This document shows positions 41,385-54,915 of a stretch of 64,000 bases of DNA, piece after piece (position 1 is the stretch's first letter; every line of letters begins with the position of its first letter). Source of the DNA: Octopus sinensis (lineage: Eukaryota); the NCBI RefSeq assembly GCF_006345805.1, contig NC_043020.1:24304001-24368000 (forward strand), read 5' to 3'. The position numbers and the translations under genes are program-made. Below the pieces are notes generated by a model. The model was not told where the DNA came from. It did no database searches and saw only the letters and a program-made list of their open reading frames with translations.

Positions 41385-42001
41385 TGGATGTGGCAGGGAG
41401 ATCAATGATTGGGTTATTGTGGTTTGATGTTCAACTTTGATTGATTAGGCACTGATTATTGACAATTAAACCAATTGATTGTTAGACTGTATACAAAGTG
41501 TAAGACTCGTTCAAAGAGCTGCTTCTAAAATTAAGTGAATTGATTTGGTAGACTGTACTCTGGGTGGGGGTGGGGTTAATCTTATTGATCTTGTTCTTAT
41601 TCTTGATTGATGAATGAGTAGGACTGAACTGACTAACGTCTGCGACTAACCCAGATTGCTGGTGTACCTATTCCTAACTGACAGGTGTTGTAATTGGTGG
41701 AGTGTTAAGAGAAGGTGATCATTTCTAGGACAATCGAGTATTTATTCCTAACGGCCAGATGGAGTTTGTGGTGGAGTGTGGTCATGTACTGTCCATTCCC
41801 AGTTTGATCTTGCATTTTATTGATTACAGGTAGATGAAGAGAATTTGAAACTGACGTCAAAGACTGCATCAGTTCAACCTTACATCCGTTGATGGAGAGG
41901 TTAAGGAAAGTTGTCTAAGTTTGAACCTTCCTAGACTAAACTGCTTCTTATTACAGACACAGCTAAGTAAATCGGTTCGTAAATTCTGGTTGAAATATGA
42001 A

Positions 42002-42378
42002 CTGCGTGGCTACGTGGTAAGTAGCTTACTTCCCAACACATGGCTCCAGGTTCAATCCCACTGCGTGGCACCTTCTATATAGTCTCGGGCCGACCAAAGG
42101 CTTGTGAGTGGATTGGGTAGACAGACCAGAAACTGAGATATATTTGCGTGTGTCTTTCTGTATGTTTTTGTGTATCCCCACTCATCGCTTGACACCCAAT
42201 GCTGGTGTGTTTACGTCCCTTGTAACTTAGCGTTCGGGAAAGGAGACCGATAGAGTAAGTACTAGGCTTACAAAGAATAAATCCCGGGTCAATTTCTTTG
42301 ATTAAAAAATCTTTTAAGGTGTTGCTCCAGCATAGCCGCAGTCAAGTGACTTAAACAAGCAGGAGCATAAAAGAATAA
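42002..42378 (+). mobile_element. Family B SINE, near full length
   Basis: Head GCGTGGCTACGTGGTAAGTAGC; tail CCAGCATAGCCGCAGTCAAGTGACTTAAACAAG. Confidence 0.85.
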
Positions 42379-42544
42379 ATATGATTCCTTTGGTATCTGG
42401 TTTTAGAGTACCAGTTGGTGATATTGTGGTTTGGGGCTAGACATGAAGAACGCGGTTTGAGGCTAGATCTGATGAATGTGAACGGATTCTAGTGTCTTTG
42501 TTCCCTTACCATATGATAAAAGAGAAAAGAGAAAACAAAGGAAG

Positions 42545-42860
42545 AAGTAGAAAAAGGACATGCAGAAGAATTACGCAACAAGAGACTAAACAATGAATTC
42601 CATGGAGCCACAAAAGAACTTACTGGAAAAATAGTTGGGATTGGCTGAAAAAAAACACTAAAAGAAAGAGACCCAGAGCACTATACTGGCAGCGCAGGAC
42701 CAAGCTCTGGCCACGAACTGGAGAGTCAATCTTAGGAGGGTCAACATTAGCAAGTACTTCTGCTGTGCCGCATCAGTAATGGAGTGGATGAAACCATTGC
42801 CCATATCACGAACGAATGCCCTAGACTTCCCCAAAACCACTACAAGAGAAGTGTCCATGT
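42545..42860 (+). pseudogene. Fragment of an R4/Dong-type (restriction-like endonuclease) non-LTR retrotransposon: post-RT region and CCHC zinc knuckle
   Basis: Across frameshifts: HAEELRNKRL...SWDWLKK..KKETQSTILAAQDQALATNWR...LCRISNGVDETIAHITNECPRLPQNHYKR. Confidence 0.75.
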
Positions 42861-44191
42861 TATGAGGGGAAATGTAATATTTATTACGTGGTTACAAAAG
42901 TTAGTTCAAGGTAATGATGATATAGAAGAGGAGAGTTAGAAATATAATTTTAGCAGAGAGCTGATGTGCTGATGGTGAGGTTAAAGAGAGGCAGAGAGAA
43001 GGAGAGGGAGGAGGGAGAAATATGGTAATGTGGGTAGTGGAGATGGAGGTGGTGGAAATGGATGTGGTGGTGGTGGCGTTGGTGATTGGATAGTGAAAAG
43101 TCTACCTTATAGTCTTCACTTTTGTAATTGAACTAAGTTTGTTTTATATCACTTAATGCATGCGCATAAGAGCAATTCCGTGAAATATTCACGCTTATTT
43201 ATGCGGCAGATATCAATTTAACTAAAGGTTGTATCATATGTACGGGTCTTTTTTTTGCTCATGGGAAAAATGGAAAAATAAGAATGAATATTTTATGAGT
43301 ATTGTGTATAAAGTCTATAAAATTGTTCATAAAGTATATAAAGTGTATATATAAAGAGTATTAAGTAATCATCGTATTCCAATTTCTTTCACTTTTTAAT
43401 GACAAGCATAGAGTGACTAAACTTTCTATACAAACTCTACACAGGTTTTCAGGTTTTTTTGGATAAAGTTTTCAGAAATAATCCAATAGGTTTACCATTA
43501 ATTCGTGAAATATTCATGGTCCCGCTAGTTATTATAAGTTATTATTATTATCATTCCGTTGTGTAACGAAATGGGCAAAATTTTAAGCGTACTGGAGAAA
43601 GAAATACTGCGCGATATTTGCTCCAACTCTTTAGATTGTGTAATCAAACTTTGCATCTATAAGGTGAAATTTACCTTTCACCATTCCGAGCTCGTGGAAA
43701 CAGAGTCGTAAACAAATGCTGACGTTCATCGAAGTTGTTCTGGATTCCTATTCTTGACACTAAATGAATTGATTCGACAACATTATCTAACCATTCACTC
43801 CTGACATCCGCGTAAACCTTTCGGTAGATTATGACATGATGGGAAATATACTGACCTTAACTCTCGGGCTGATTGCCACGGTGATAAGTGGGGCTATGGG
43901 CTGAGATTGGCAATATGGTTCTAAAATTGCTTTATAAAACTGGTATATATTCCTGGCAGATATCTTCGGGGAATTGAACGGATTTGCGATGATCAGTTAT
44001 GGATTACGAGTAAACTGGATTTTTAAGTTACATAGGCCCAACCGTAAAAATACCGAAAGGAAGAAGTGTGGAATAACATGTTTTGCCCATTGACATAGAA
44101 ACAAAACCAAAATCAAAGCTAGAGATTTGAACCTACGACACGAGCACGTAAATTATTTAATTGATCCACTCACACACACAAGCACGCTCCC

Positions 44192-44304
<113 letters not shown>

Positions 44305-44918
44305 CATCCATATATATATATATGTGTATGTATATATATGTATGGGGAAAAAGTCTCTTTGTGATAGAGAGAGGACAAATGATGACTAAAAAGTGAAGTT
44401 AGCGACGAAAATAAAACACACACACTCACACTCTCTCACACACACATTTATAAACATCAGGTGAAAAGGGAGAGAGAAAGAGAGCGGAGTGGAGGGGGGA
44501 CACAAGAAAGCGGATTCCAATAAAAGAAATACAAAATTAACAAAACAAGAAAAAAGAAGAGAGAAAGTGTAAATAATTATACAGACACAATCAAAGAAAG
44601 GAAAAACAAAAAAAAACATTACGCACAGGCATTGAAGGAGCTAGAAAGAGAGAGAGAGAGAGAAAGAAAGAGGGGGAGCGATAAAATGATGTGCATACGA
44701 TAGAGTAATCACCTGTTGTATAGTTACTATATGTCAAAACAAGGGTGATAAAACTCGTTGTCAATTCCACGACACGTACATCATTCTGAACAAACATGGC
44801 TGCCATACACCAATCACACCTACCAGATGTGTGTGTGTGTGTATTTACTCTACACGATATATATGCATACTTTTCTATGTTAATGCTTATATATAGATGT
44901 GTGGGTTTGTATATACAT

Positions 44919-44971
<53 letters not shown>

Positions 44972-45543
44972 GATATATATATATATAAAATTTTGTACGT
45001 TGTGTTATGGTTATATGTATATATATATGAATGCGTAGACTGAAGGCGCTTGAAGGCATCTGCCAACTATAGATAATCCACTTAAACCACTAGTATATGC
45101 CTATCAGTCAGTATATAAACATACACACACACATATGTATGTATATTTATATACACACACACACATATGTACAAGCACTCACAGAAGCAGATTGATACTC
45201 AGACAGACGGAGAGAGCTTGGTAATCTTGTTCACAAAGAAAATATTGTGCGCTAGACCAACCTGCCAGCCAGCCAACCAACCAGTAAGCCAGGCGACCAG
45301 CGGTGTTGCCATCCAACCTACCAACCAGCCAACCAAACAAGCACAGATATAGTATGATCTATGATGGGTGCTAACTATTTATATTGTGTTAGATATTCGA
45401 AGGCACGTATGCTAAACACACAAAATGATATATATACCGAAAATAAAGATTCACTATCGACTCCAATCACACTTACACACACACACACATATATACACGT
45501 ATTCAGGTAAATATATAAGCACACAGACAAATGTATTCATTAT

Positions 45544-45590
<47 letters not shown>

Positions 45591-45667
45591 ATATATATAT
45601 ATATATATATACATATATAAATATATATGTATATATATATATATATTATCAATAAATAAATATATTA

Positions 45668-45717
<50 letters not shown>

Positions 45718-45962
45718 ATATATATCCATATATTATATATATAAGTACAGCAGGAAAACACATTGTTAATGACCCATATATACAATCATAAACACATCGG
45801 AGGAAGGGTGGAAGAGAAAGATTTCATGGTAAGGAGCAGTTTTGCTGAGACGAGAATGGATGACACAACACAGAGAGCTAAATTTCGAGGGAGATGGAGA
45901 CATAGACACACACGACCATTTACAGACATGCATAAACGCATACATACATTACATATATATAC

Positions 45963-46321
45963 GGCCGCAGGAGTGGCTGTGTGGTAAGTAGCTTGCTAAC
46001 CAACCACATGGTTCCGGGTTCAGTCTCACTGCGTGGCATCTTGGGCAAGTGTCTTCTGCTATAGCCCCGGGCCGACCAATGCCTTGTGAGTGGATTTGGT
46101 AGACGGAAACTGAAAGAAGCCTGTCGTATATATGTATATATTATATATGTGTGTGTGGTGTTTGTGTGTCTGTGTTTGTCCCCCAAGCATTACTTGACAA
46201 CCGATGCTGGTGTGTTTACGTCCCCGTTACTTAGCGGTTCGGCAAAGAATAAGCTCGACTAAAGGCGGTGCTCCAGCATGGCCGCAGTCATATGACTGAA
46301 AGATGTAAAAGAGTAAAAGAG
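45963..46321 (+). mobile_element. Family B SINE, well preserved, short internal deletion
   Basis: GCAGGAGTGGCTGTGTGGTAAGTAGC...GTGCTCCAGCATGGCCGCAGTC...TAAAAGAGTAAAAGAG. Confidence 0.88.
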
Positions 46322-46425
46322 TATATATATATATACATTTACAAACATACATTATATATGTATATATATAATATATATATATATATGTATATTTACCTTT
46401 ACAAACATATATTAAATATATATAT

Positions 46426-46472
<47 letters not shown>

Positions 46473-46634
46473 GTATATATGTATATATATATATATATAA
46501 TATATATACCATTCCTTGATTGTGATGTTGACTTATAAATGGTCTATGACTATTTAATTTTTTCCACTAGGCCGCTGGTGCAAATAAATTCTACGAAATT
46601 TTTTGCCACCCTATATTGATTAATTTATATATAT

Positions 46635-46685
<51 letters not shown>

Positions 46686-46809
46686 GAGAGAGAGAGATAG
46701 TTAGATATATACATACTCAACCAACCACACGTGTATACGCATTCTTCTAACTATTTCCCTTTCTGGCAATCTATATCCTTCACCATGTACACATATACTT
46801 CGAACTATG

Positions 46810-46813
46810 TATG

Positions 46814-46862
<49 letters not shown>

Positions 46863-47290
46863 CATACATACATACATACATATGTATATTATGTATGTAT
46901 GCATGTATGTGTATGCATATATGTACGCATATATGTATGCATGTATGTACATAAATATATATATATATGTATATATATGTATGTATGCATGTATGTGTAT
47001 GCATACATGTACGTATATATGTATGTTTGCATGTATGTATATGCATGTATGTACATATATATATGTTTGTATGTATATATGTATGTATATATGTATATAT
47101 ACATATATGTATATATGTGTAGGTATATATATGTGTTTGTATATATTATGTATATGTATATATGTATATATACGTATGTTTATATATATATATATGTATA
47201 ATATATATATATTATACACACACATATATATATATATACTTAAATATATATTATATATATACATATATATGTACGTGTGTGTGTGTGTGT
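46810..47290. repeat. Compound TA/TATG/TGCA microsatellite
   Basis: Directly visible. Confidence 0.9.
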
Positions 47291-48419
47291 GTGCTTCTAT
47301 GTGTGTGTTGGTGTGACTGAATTAATGCTTATTTACTGTTTTGTTTGCCAAAAAAGCAAATAAGTAAAAACTAAAACAAAAAGTAATAAACAAAACAAAA
47401 ACACCGCTAAAACCAACAACAAAAACAAGAGGAACAACAACCACAACAACAAGAGAAAGATCAAATAGCAGGCTTGCTGCACATTTTTGCATTCACATGC
47501 ACGAACACCAATATTGATGTAATGGAGAGCAGAATGAACATCGAACACATATTCACACGATGCACACTTGATATGTGCACACAGGTTCACAAATAATCGT
47601 ATACGCACAAACACGCACACGCAGATGGTCAAATGCGTAACTATATACAGTATACGCACGAAGATTTACGTATATATATATATATATATATTATATGTAT
47701 ATATGCATGCGCAGTCTTAATTTGCACGCACACACACACTCACACACGCAGCATATATAAATCACTTACAGTCATTTAACAATTTACACACATACTCATA
47801 AACAGCGAAACGGCGACACACACACACGCACATACAAACATACACGCATACTACGGTACTCAGAGAAATGTGCAAACACGCATACATACATATGTTTATG
47901 CATACGCACATGCACCATCAATCACACACGCAACACAGCATCGCATTCATACACATTTCTGTATACACATATATGTATATATATATATATATATATATGC
48001 ACACGGTGTACCACGGCACGTCAGATCGTATATAACCACCACACACACACACACACACGCGTGCACACACACGCGTGCACACACACAATTCATTCAAGCG
48101 CGCTCACACAGACACATATGCGCGCGCACATACACTGATGCACGTATTCCCTCAAACATAAAATACTTTTATTCGCACAGTCCCTCCACCGAAGTTACAC
48201 TTAAAGATGTCTTTCTCTCTCTCTCTCTCTCTCTCTCACACTCACACACAAACTCACATACATATACGTATCACTGACCATATACACACAGAAACTCACT
48301 CACACACACACACACACACTCCACACACTCATACAACGTGTCTCATATGCGGACACACATACACATCGTGACCCTCAGAGAGCTAAATTTCGAGAGAGAT
48401 GGACACATAGACACAAACT

Positions 48420-48800
48420 TATCTGCTAGAGATAGCAACTAAATCTCTCTGAAATCATGCTTTGATCTCTTGGGAAAAGGAAGGGCACATTGGAAAAAAA
48501 TAAAACGTACTTCCACATATTTGTAAAAAAAAAAGACAGGATGGCCCTTGCTGGAAAGCTTCCTTCATATGTCTTTCCAGCCTATGGTTAAATGACAACA
48601 ACAGCAACAATATACATCGTCATACAAACAAACGAATGAGAAACTCCTACGTGGTCGTAAAACCTGCTAAATATAGCAGCCACATCTCCTTCAATTAAAA
48701 GGCCGGCAGCGTTATAACACTAATAGTATGAATATTTTCTAGAATGGACATTAATGAAAGAAAGTCGTGATGGTCACGGCAGGAAACGCTTTCGAATATG
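48420..48800 (+). mobile_element. Tandem remnants of a fourth short repeat family (D)
   Basis: CTGCTAGAGATAGCAACTAAATCTCTCT / CTGCTAAATATAGCAGCCACATCTCC and GATGG(T/C)C(A/C)...GCTGGAA motifs; related pieces near 41095-41155, 38083-38165 (-) and 59040-59090 (-). Confidence 0.55.
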
Positions 48801-49214
48801 AATATAAGTATACATATATATCTTTGATTACATCTATGTCTCTGTCAACGTTGTCCTGGGGTTCAACGCACAGAAGCAGCCGCACCCTCACATCCAAACA
48901 CCAAAAACACACACACATACGCACATACGCACACACACAGAAACGCACACACGCGCGAAGGCACGCGCAGATAGACATGTAAATGGTTATAGAGGTTCCG
49001 GTCACGTGCACACAAGCAAATAAACATGTTGCCTCGTAGTGCTGCTTTATGTTGTGTATGGCGGGTGCAAAAGAAAAGGGAATAAACAGTTGATTGATAT
49101 ATCGGAGAGGGTTTCGTCCAATGATTGAACATGGCGGTCATGACGGAAGTGAGCCTTCCCAGTGTGTGTGAATATAATGGAAGAGCAAACGATATTAATG
49201 GGTGGGAATACATA

Positions 49215-49215
49215 C

Positions 49216-49256
<41 letters not shown>

Positions 49257-49285
49257 TACATATATATATGTATTACAATACAAAC

Positions 49286-49321
<36 letters not shown>

Positions 49322-49589
49322 ATATATACATATATATATATTATATACATATACAAACATTATATATATATAATATACATACATATATACATATAATATA
49401 CATATATATACATATATATACATATATATACATATATATACATATATATACATATATATATACATATATATACATATATAACATATATATATATATATAA
49501 CATATATATATATACATACATACAATAATACATATATATAACATATAATACATAAATATACATATATATATATACATATATAATATACA

Positions 49590-49625
<36 letters not shown>

Positions 49626-49745
49626 TACATATATATATATTATACATACATACATACATATATATATATATACATACATACATACATACATATATACGTA
49701 TATATATATATATATACATCTCTCTCTCTATATATATATATCGGT
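49215..49745. repeat. Compound (TA)n/(TACA)n microsatellite
   Basis: Directly visible; source of the 255-aa and neighbouring ORFs. Confidence 0.93.
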
Positions 49746-50285
49746 GTACATACATACGTGTGTGTGTGTGTGTACATATACGGGTATGGTATGTGTGAGT
49801 GCAGGGAGATCGTTGGTTATGTAACCCAACACCATAACAACGGACCTCCAGCGAATATAGTCATGCACAGACAAACCCCCATTAAATGAGAAATAGGAAC
49901 ATCACGAAAGGAGTGGTCGAACAATAAACGAGGCGGGGGGGGGAGATGGCGGAAAACATGAGGCTTGTTGATGACTTTATCTACATGGAGAAAGAGAGGG
50001 GTTTTGTGTGCTGGTGTGTAGCTACAACTTCCTTGTGCTTATGCATAACGATCCACAAATGTATGGGTGTGTGTATCTCTGTGCGTGTCGTTGTAGCAAT
50101 TCAAGGCAAACTACTCAATACATGCATTAGAGTATGCATAACTTTATTAAGTTAATGGCGCTGACAGGGTTTGCTCTGGTTTTGAGTCTCTCTTGTAGAT
50201 CTTTGAGTGCCATCAATTCAATTCACATACATACACACATATACATGACTGTGCACATAACAACAACAACAACAACAACAACAAC

Positions 50286-50340
<55 letters not shown>

Positions 50341-50715
50341 TGATGCAGTACCAGGCAGTGACTGTCATGGCTTCTGATCTTAACTGATCGGAAGTCTTAT
50401 GTACATTGTTTAGTCTTTTTCTAAAAGATGGCCTACAGCAAATATTCTGCACAATACCACAGATTTGCTTGTCAGTTACTTGACCTTAACCAGTTGAGCA
50501 TGTCCCTTAGTGGCTGACGATATGCGCATCTTTGATTACGAGCAGAAGTAGTGGGGGAGCATCTTAGCCATGTGTTGAAAGGAACTCTTTGGGGTTTGGA
50601 TAATTCACCTTTGGAAACATGGGTGTTTTGTTCAACCCCCTTAAACAACCATTATTCGGGGACCTTTTGAGCGGGATGAGCTACTCGACCTGAAGAAAAT
50701 TCTAACTGGGCCCTC
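50341..50715. mobile_element. Partial inverted copy of the ~560-bp repeat at 14641-15197
   Basis: Reverse complement of about 14815-15192; preceded by (AAT)n. Confidence 0.85.
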
Positions 50716-50729
50716 TTTTTATTCAGTAG

Positions 50730-50784
<55 letters not shown>

Positions 50785-50966
50785 TATATATATATGTACG
50801 TATGTATGTATGTATGTATGTATTGGTCAATACCACAGATTTGCTTGTCAGTTCCTGACCTTAACCAGTTGAACATGTCTCTTGGTGGATGACTTTATGT
50901 GCACACATTCACACACATGCGCGTATATTTATATGTGTGTATATAAATAGATATAATACATTAGTA

Positions 50967-51050
50967 ACACTAACTTCGGCGTTTCATCGGTCAGTCACCC
51001 CGTCAGATAATCTGATGAGGTGGACGACCGGCGAAATTCAAAGTTACTGT
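50967..51050. repeat. 84-bp imperfect inverted repeat with CTGA(T/C)G...GAAA cores on both strands
   Basis: Right arm TCTGATGAGGTGGACGACCGGCGAAATTC-AAAGTTACTGT vs reverse complement of left arm TCTGACGGGGTGACTGACCGATGAAACGCCGAAGTTAGTGT; 3-nt loop. Confidence 0.7.
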
Positions 51051-51204
51051 CGATAAGCTATTAAATATTTCAAACTTGGCGTTTATAGTGAAACTTTTGT
51101 GCGCTTCATGTTCCCTTTCTTATGAATAGGAAATACACATTTTAAATTACGTGCATAAATATATAATACACATTCGCACATCCATATACGTGTGTACACA
51201 CACT

Positions 51205-51258
<54 letters not shown>

Positions 51259-52407
51259 AACGAGATATGCATGCTTTTATGCATATGTGACTGTGTTCCA
51301 ACCAAAGCCATTTCAATTCGTTTGACTTGTTCACGTTAATACTATTCGCATTCAATTATTTCAAATGGCCTTACCAATCGTTCTCAATAGCTCATTGAAA
51401 AAGCCTATATACCTACATCTATGGTTCAAAATTGTATAAAAACCAAACGACAAATAGGTGAAGAAACAACAAACCAGGCGAATTAGTTTAACGCTCAGCA
51501 GAAATGGAAGAGACTTTGATGTTTCAAACTTATGCTCTTCTACAGAAAAGAATGAGGGAAAAGACAGATTAAGAGAAGGAAAAAAATGATATAAAAACAA
51601 AACGTGTCTGGATTGACGGTTGCACGTTTTGAATTGAGTGGCAGGAAAAAAGTGGTTGTTGGAAAGGAGGATAAATGTAGCCTGGTTAAAGTGTATGAAC
51701 GCAAGGATGTATATGTTTGTGAAGATAATGTGTGCGTGTGTATATATGTGTGTGCAAGCAGGGATGTGAGCCTGAAGATTGTGAGCGTGCGGGCGGCGTG
51801 TAGATGTATGTGTGTAAGTAAACAAGTACGTGTGCGTGTATAGAGCTATGTATGTTTATATGTGAGGGAGTGTGTAACACTACACTACACACACACACAC
51901 AATATGAGTTTTTCATTTTTGTTTATAGATATTTTTCTTTTGCATTTACCTCATTGATTTTAATTATTACTTCCCATCTGTATTATTTCAAGTTTTTTCC
52001 CTCAATTTTGTTATCACAATTTTTTCATCTTTCTTATCCCCGTCCCCTCCAACAGCACTTAAATGCACTTCCTCCAGTTTTCTACTTTACTCTCACTTCT
52101 CTGTTTCTCCCTTTCTACTCATTTATCTTCTTCTTTTGCTATTTCTCTTTCTTTTCTCTTCATTGCAGCTGATATGTTGTACCTGAAAAGTAACCACCTT
52201 CCTATTCTTGCTCCGTTCCATTTTCTCGGTTCCTTTTTTCCTTTTTTTTTACTCCTGTCTTTTTCACTTCTGATTTTCTTCCCTCCTACTCCTAGAGTCT
52301 CCTCTCAGTTCCTCCTACTCTCACCTGACACAAAGAAAAACAATTCGGCCACTGTGTCGCTAAAAAATATTATACTACGCAGCTTCCAACTAAGACGATA
52401 GCCTCCT

Positions 52408-52963
52408 AATAACAGTGAATAGATACAACTTGGGAAAAGTTGATGACTTCCTAGATCTCGCTGGTGGGTTCATACAAGTAAGAAGTGCATTAAAACTCGC
52501 ATTGTTAAAGTATGGCCAGCTCTTTCAAAGATGAACATCATTTCGAAATCAAATCTAAAGAAACAGCTTAAGTTAAGATCATCTTCTTCTGAGCAACAAT
52601 ATGGTATCACTAGACGCATCCTATCAAAAGCACAGGATACAAAAACTTAATGGAACGTACACGAGATTTCTGAGAGCAGCACTTAACATCAAAGTCCCAT
52701 TCAACAAATCGGGTTCTTTATAGTAATCCTCCAATGAAAGGAAAGAAGAGAGAAATTTCGACACTTTCGTAGTAAAGATGAAGTTGAGAGTCAAATGCCG
52801 ATATGAGAACGAACACACGGAAAGTGTCCTGGGGTCGACTTTCCAGGATACCTATCGACCAACTAGTTGAAGACATTGTATAGTCTAAGAATAACTAATC
52901 AACAGCAATGCAGGAGAGGGAATTCTAGAGAAAAGCGACTGATGGTGTTCGTCCGCTGATGAC

Positions 52964-53026
<63 letters not shown>
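52408..53026 (+). mobile_element. 3' end of an RTE-clade LINE with (TAG)n tail
   Basis: Across frameshifts: KVDDFLDL..WVHTSKKCIKTRI.KVWPALSKMNII.KSNL...KLNGTYTRFLRAALNI...FRSKDEV...GRLSRIPIDQLVED...AMQERE; (TAG)n at 52968-53026. Confidence 0.8.
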
Positions 53027-54292
53027 ACTCAGCCGATTGAGGAACGGTTACGTGGATCACTGAGTAAGGATACAGAGTAGCAGACTCACTTTTTCAGTAA
53101 ATATTATCCACTCTAGCTGAAACCTTGAGTACTTTACACCACCGCTTCATGACAATTATGAGATCACACAAGCATTAAGCGTATACATGTATGCATATCT
53201 GTATGCATGCATTATGTATAACATGTAAGTAAATACGCATACATATATGAATGCATATTTGCATGTACCTACGCACGTGTGTATATATATGTGAGTATAC
53301 ACATATAGCATATGTGTGTGTGTGCATATATGCATATACACATATCGAATACACATACACATGGTGTACAGAAGTACATATATATAGGTGCAATATATTT
53401 TCCTTTAAAGTTTTGCCAGCTTTAGTCATAGAATCACTGGCCATGCTAGAGTAACTAAGACATTCTAGTTTATAGACGATTTCATCGGAGCCATTACTTA
53501 TTGTATATCGTCGGAGGTTTGAAGGGAGAGTAAGGAGTGAGTAAGGAGGGTGGGCGATAAAGGAGCGAATGGAGAGCAGACGAAGGAGAGAATAAATCAG
53601 TGTTTGTGATGTTGTGAGGTGTTGGAACGTTGAATATTTGGTTTGAATTGTGAGATGCGAGACAAGGGATATGGGGAGAAGGTAGAAGAAGAAGAAGAAG
53701 AAGAAGAAGAAGAAGAAGAAGAAGAAGAAGAAGAAGAAGAAGAAGAAGACGAGCGAGAAGAAATATCTTTCGCAAGAAATGATGTGCCGGGGGTGAAGAT
53801 TGATTAATGGCGGCGCATAAAGAGAAACCAAAACGAAAGCAGCAGCAGCAGCAGTAACAACAACAACAACAACAGCAATAACAACAATCACAACAACAAC
53901 CACCATAAGAATGAACGACAGTAACAAGAGCAGCAACACCAGCAATGATGACCATTCCACGAAAGCAAAGAAAAAAAAAGTTCTACATCCTTAGCAGCGC
54001 CGCCATCATTAAAAACATATACAAGTACAACAATAAGAACAACAACATCAAGGGTATTAATAACTGCCACCGGAGTATAAATTAGTGAAAGTTCAATTCT
54101 AAGACAGCTCGTTATTTCTGCCGCGGTACATGAACGGAATAAAACGAAATTTGGTTCACATGTATAGGTCTGTGCCTGGTGTTTATGCGCATGCGTGCGT
54201 AATTCTATAAAAATCTGTGTAAGACGCACGCGTGTAGATGTGGGAGTTCGAATCCAAACTGGTACATATGTGTTTTATAATTTTGCCGCCAT

Positions 54293-54915
54293 TTAGGGCG
54301 GCGAGAGGGCAGAACCGTCAGTACGTCGAGCAAAATGCTTAGCGGCATTTCGTCCGTCTTTACATTCTGAGTTCAAATTCCGATAAGGTAAACTTTCCCT
54401 TACGTCCTTTCGGGGTCGATGAAATAAGTACCAGGAGAACACTGAGGTCGATGTAATCAACTTACCCCCTTATTCTGAAATTTCTGGCTTTGTACCAGAA
54501 TTTGAAACCAATATTTTGTTGCTACTTAGATCGGCGAGCGAGAAGAATCGCCGGGCGAAATGCTGAGCGGTATTTCAGCTGTCTTCTCTTTCTGAGTTCA
54601 AACTTCGCGGTTTCGGGGTCGATGACATAAGTACAAGTTGAGCACTGAGGTTGATGTGGTCAACTTAGTTCCTCATTCTGAAATTATTGGCCTTATGCCA
54701 AACTTTGAGACTGACAATTTGCTGCTACTTAGGGCTGCGAGTGAGCAGAATCGTTAGACGAAATGCTGTCTTCATGTTTTGAGTTCAAATTCCGCTGAGG
54801 TCGACTTTGCGTTGTGTCCTTTCCAGGTCGATGAAATAAATACCGGTTGAGCAGTGGGGTTGATGTAATCGCCTTGCCCGCTCCCCCTAAATTGCTGGCC
54901 TTGTGCCAGTTTGTT
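54293..54915 (+). mobile_element. Three head-to-tail diverged family A SINEs with a shared linker
   Basis: Each copy preceded by TTTGYYGCYAYTTAG (54282-54296, 54515-54529, 54718-54732). Confidence 0.8.

Noticed and set aside
41830-41899. Possible exon (TTTTATTGATTACAG acceptor, VDEENLKLTSKTASVQPYIR*, GTTAAG donor)
   Set aside because: No neighbouring exons, no recognisable homology, and stops in all three frames; such signals arise by chance in AT-rich DNA.
44591-44806. Minus-strand ORF MAAMFVQNDV... with a GTGATT donor-like site and YY1-like AACATGGCTGCC
   Set aside because: No supporting promoter or downstream exon evidence; peptide unrecognised.
48863-49755. 255-aa and overlapping ORFs, representative of the many YI/CV/HT/poly-I/L/N ORFs
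   Set aside because: Translations of TA, TG, TACA and AAT microsatellites, which lack stops in some frames; no domain content.
53175-53960. 261-aa minus-strand ORF, longest in the window
   Set aside because: Stitched from (GTT/GCT)n, (CTT)n and TA/TG repeats; no recognisable protein.
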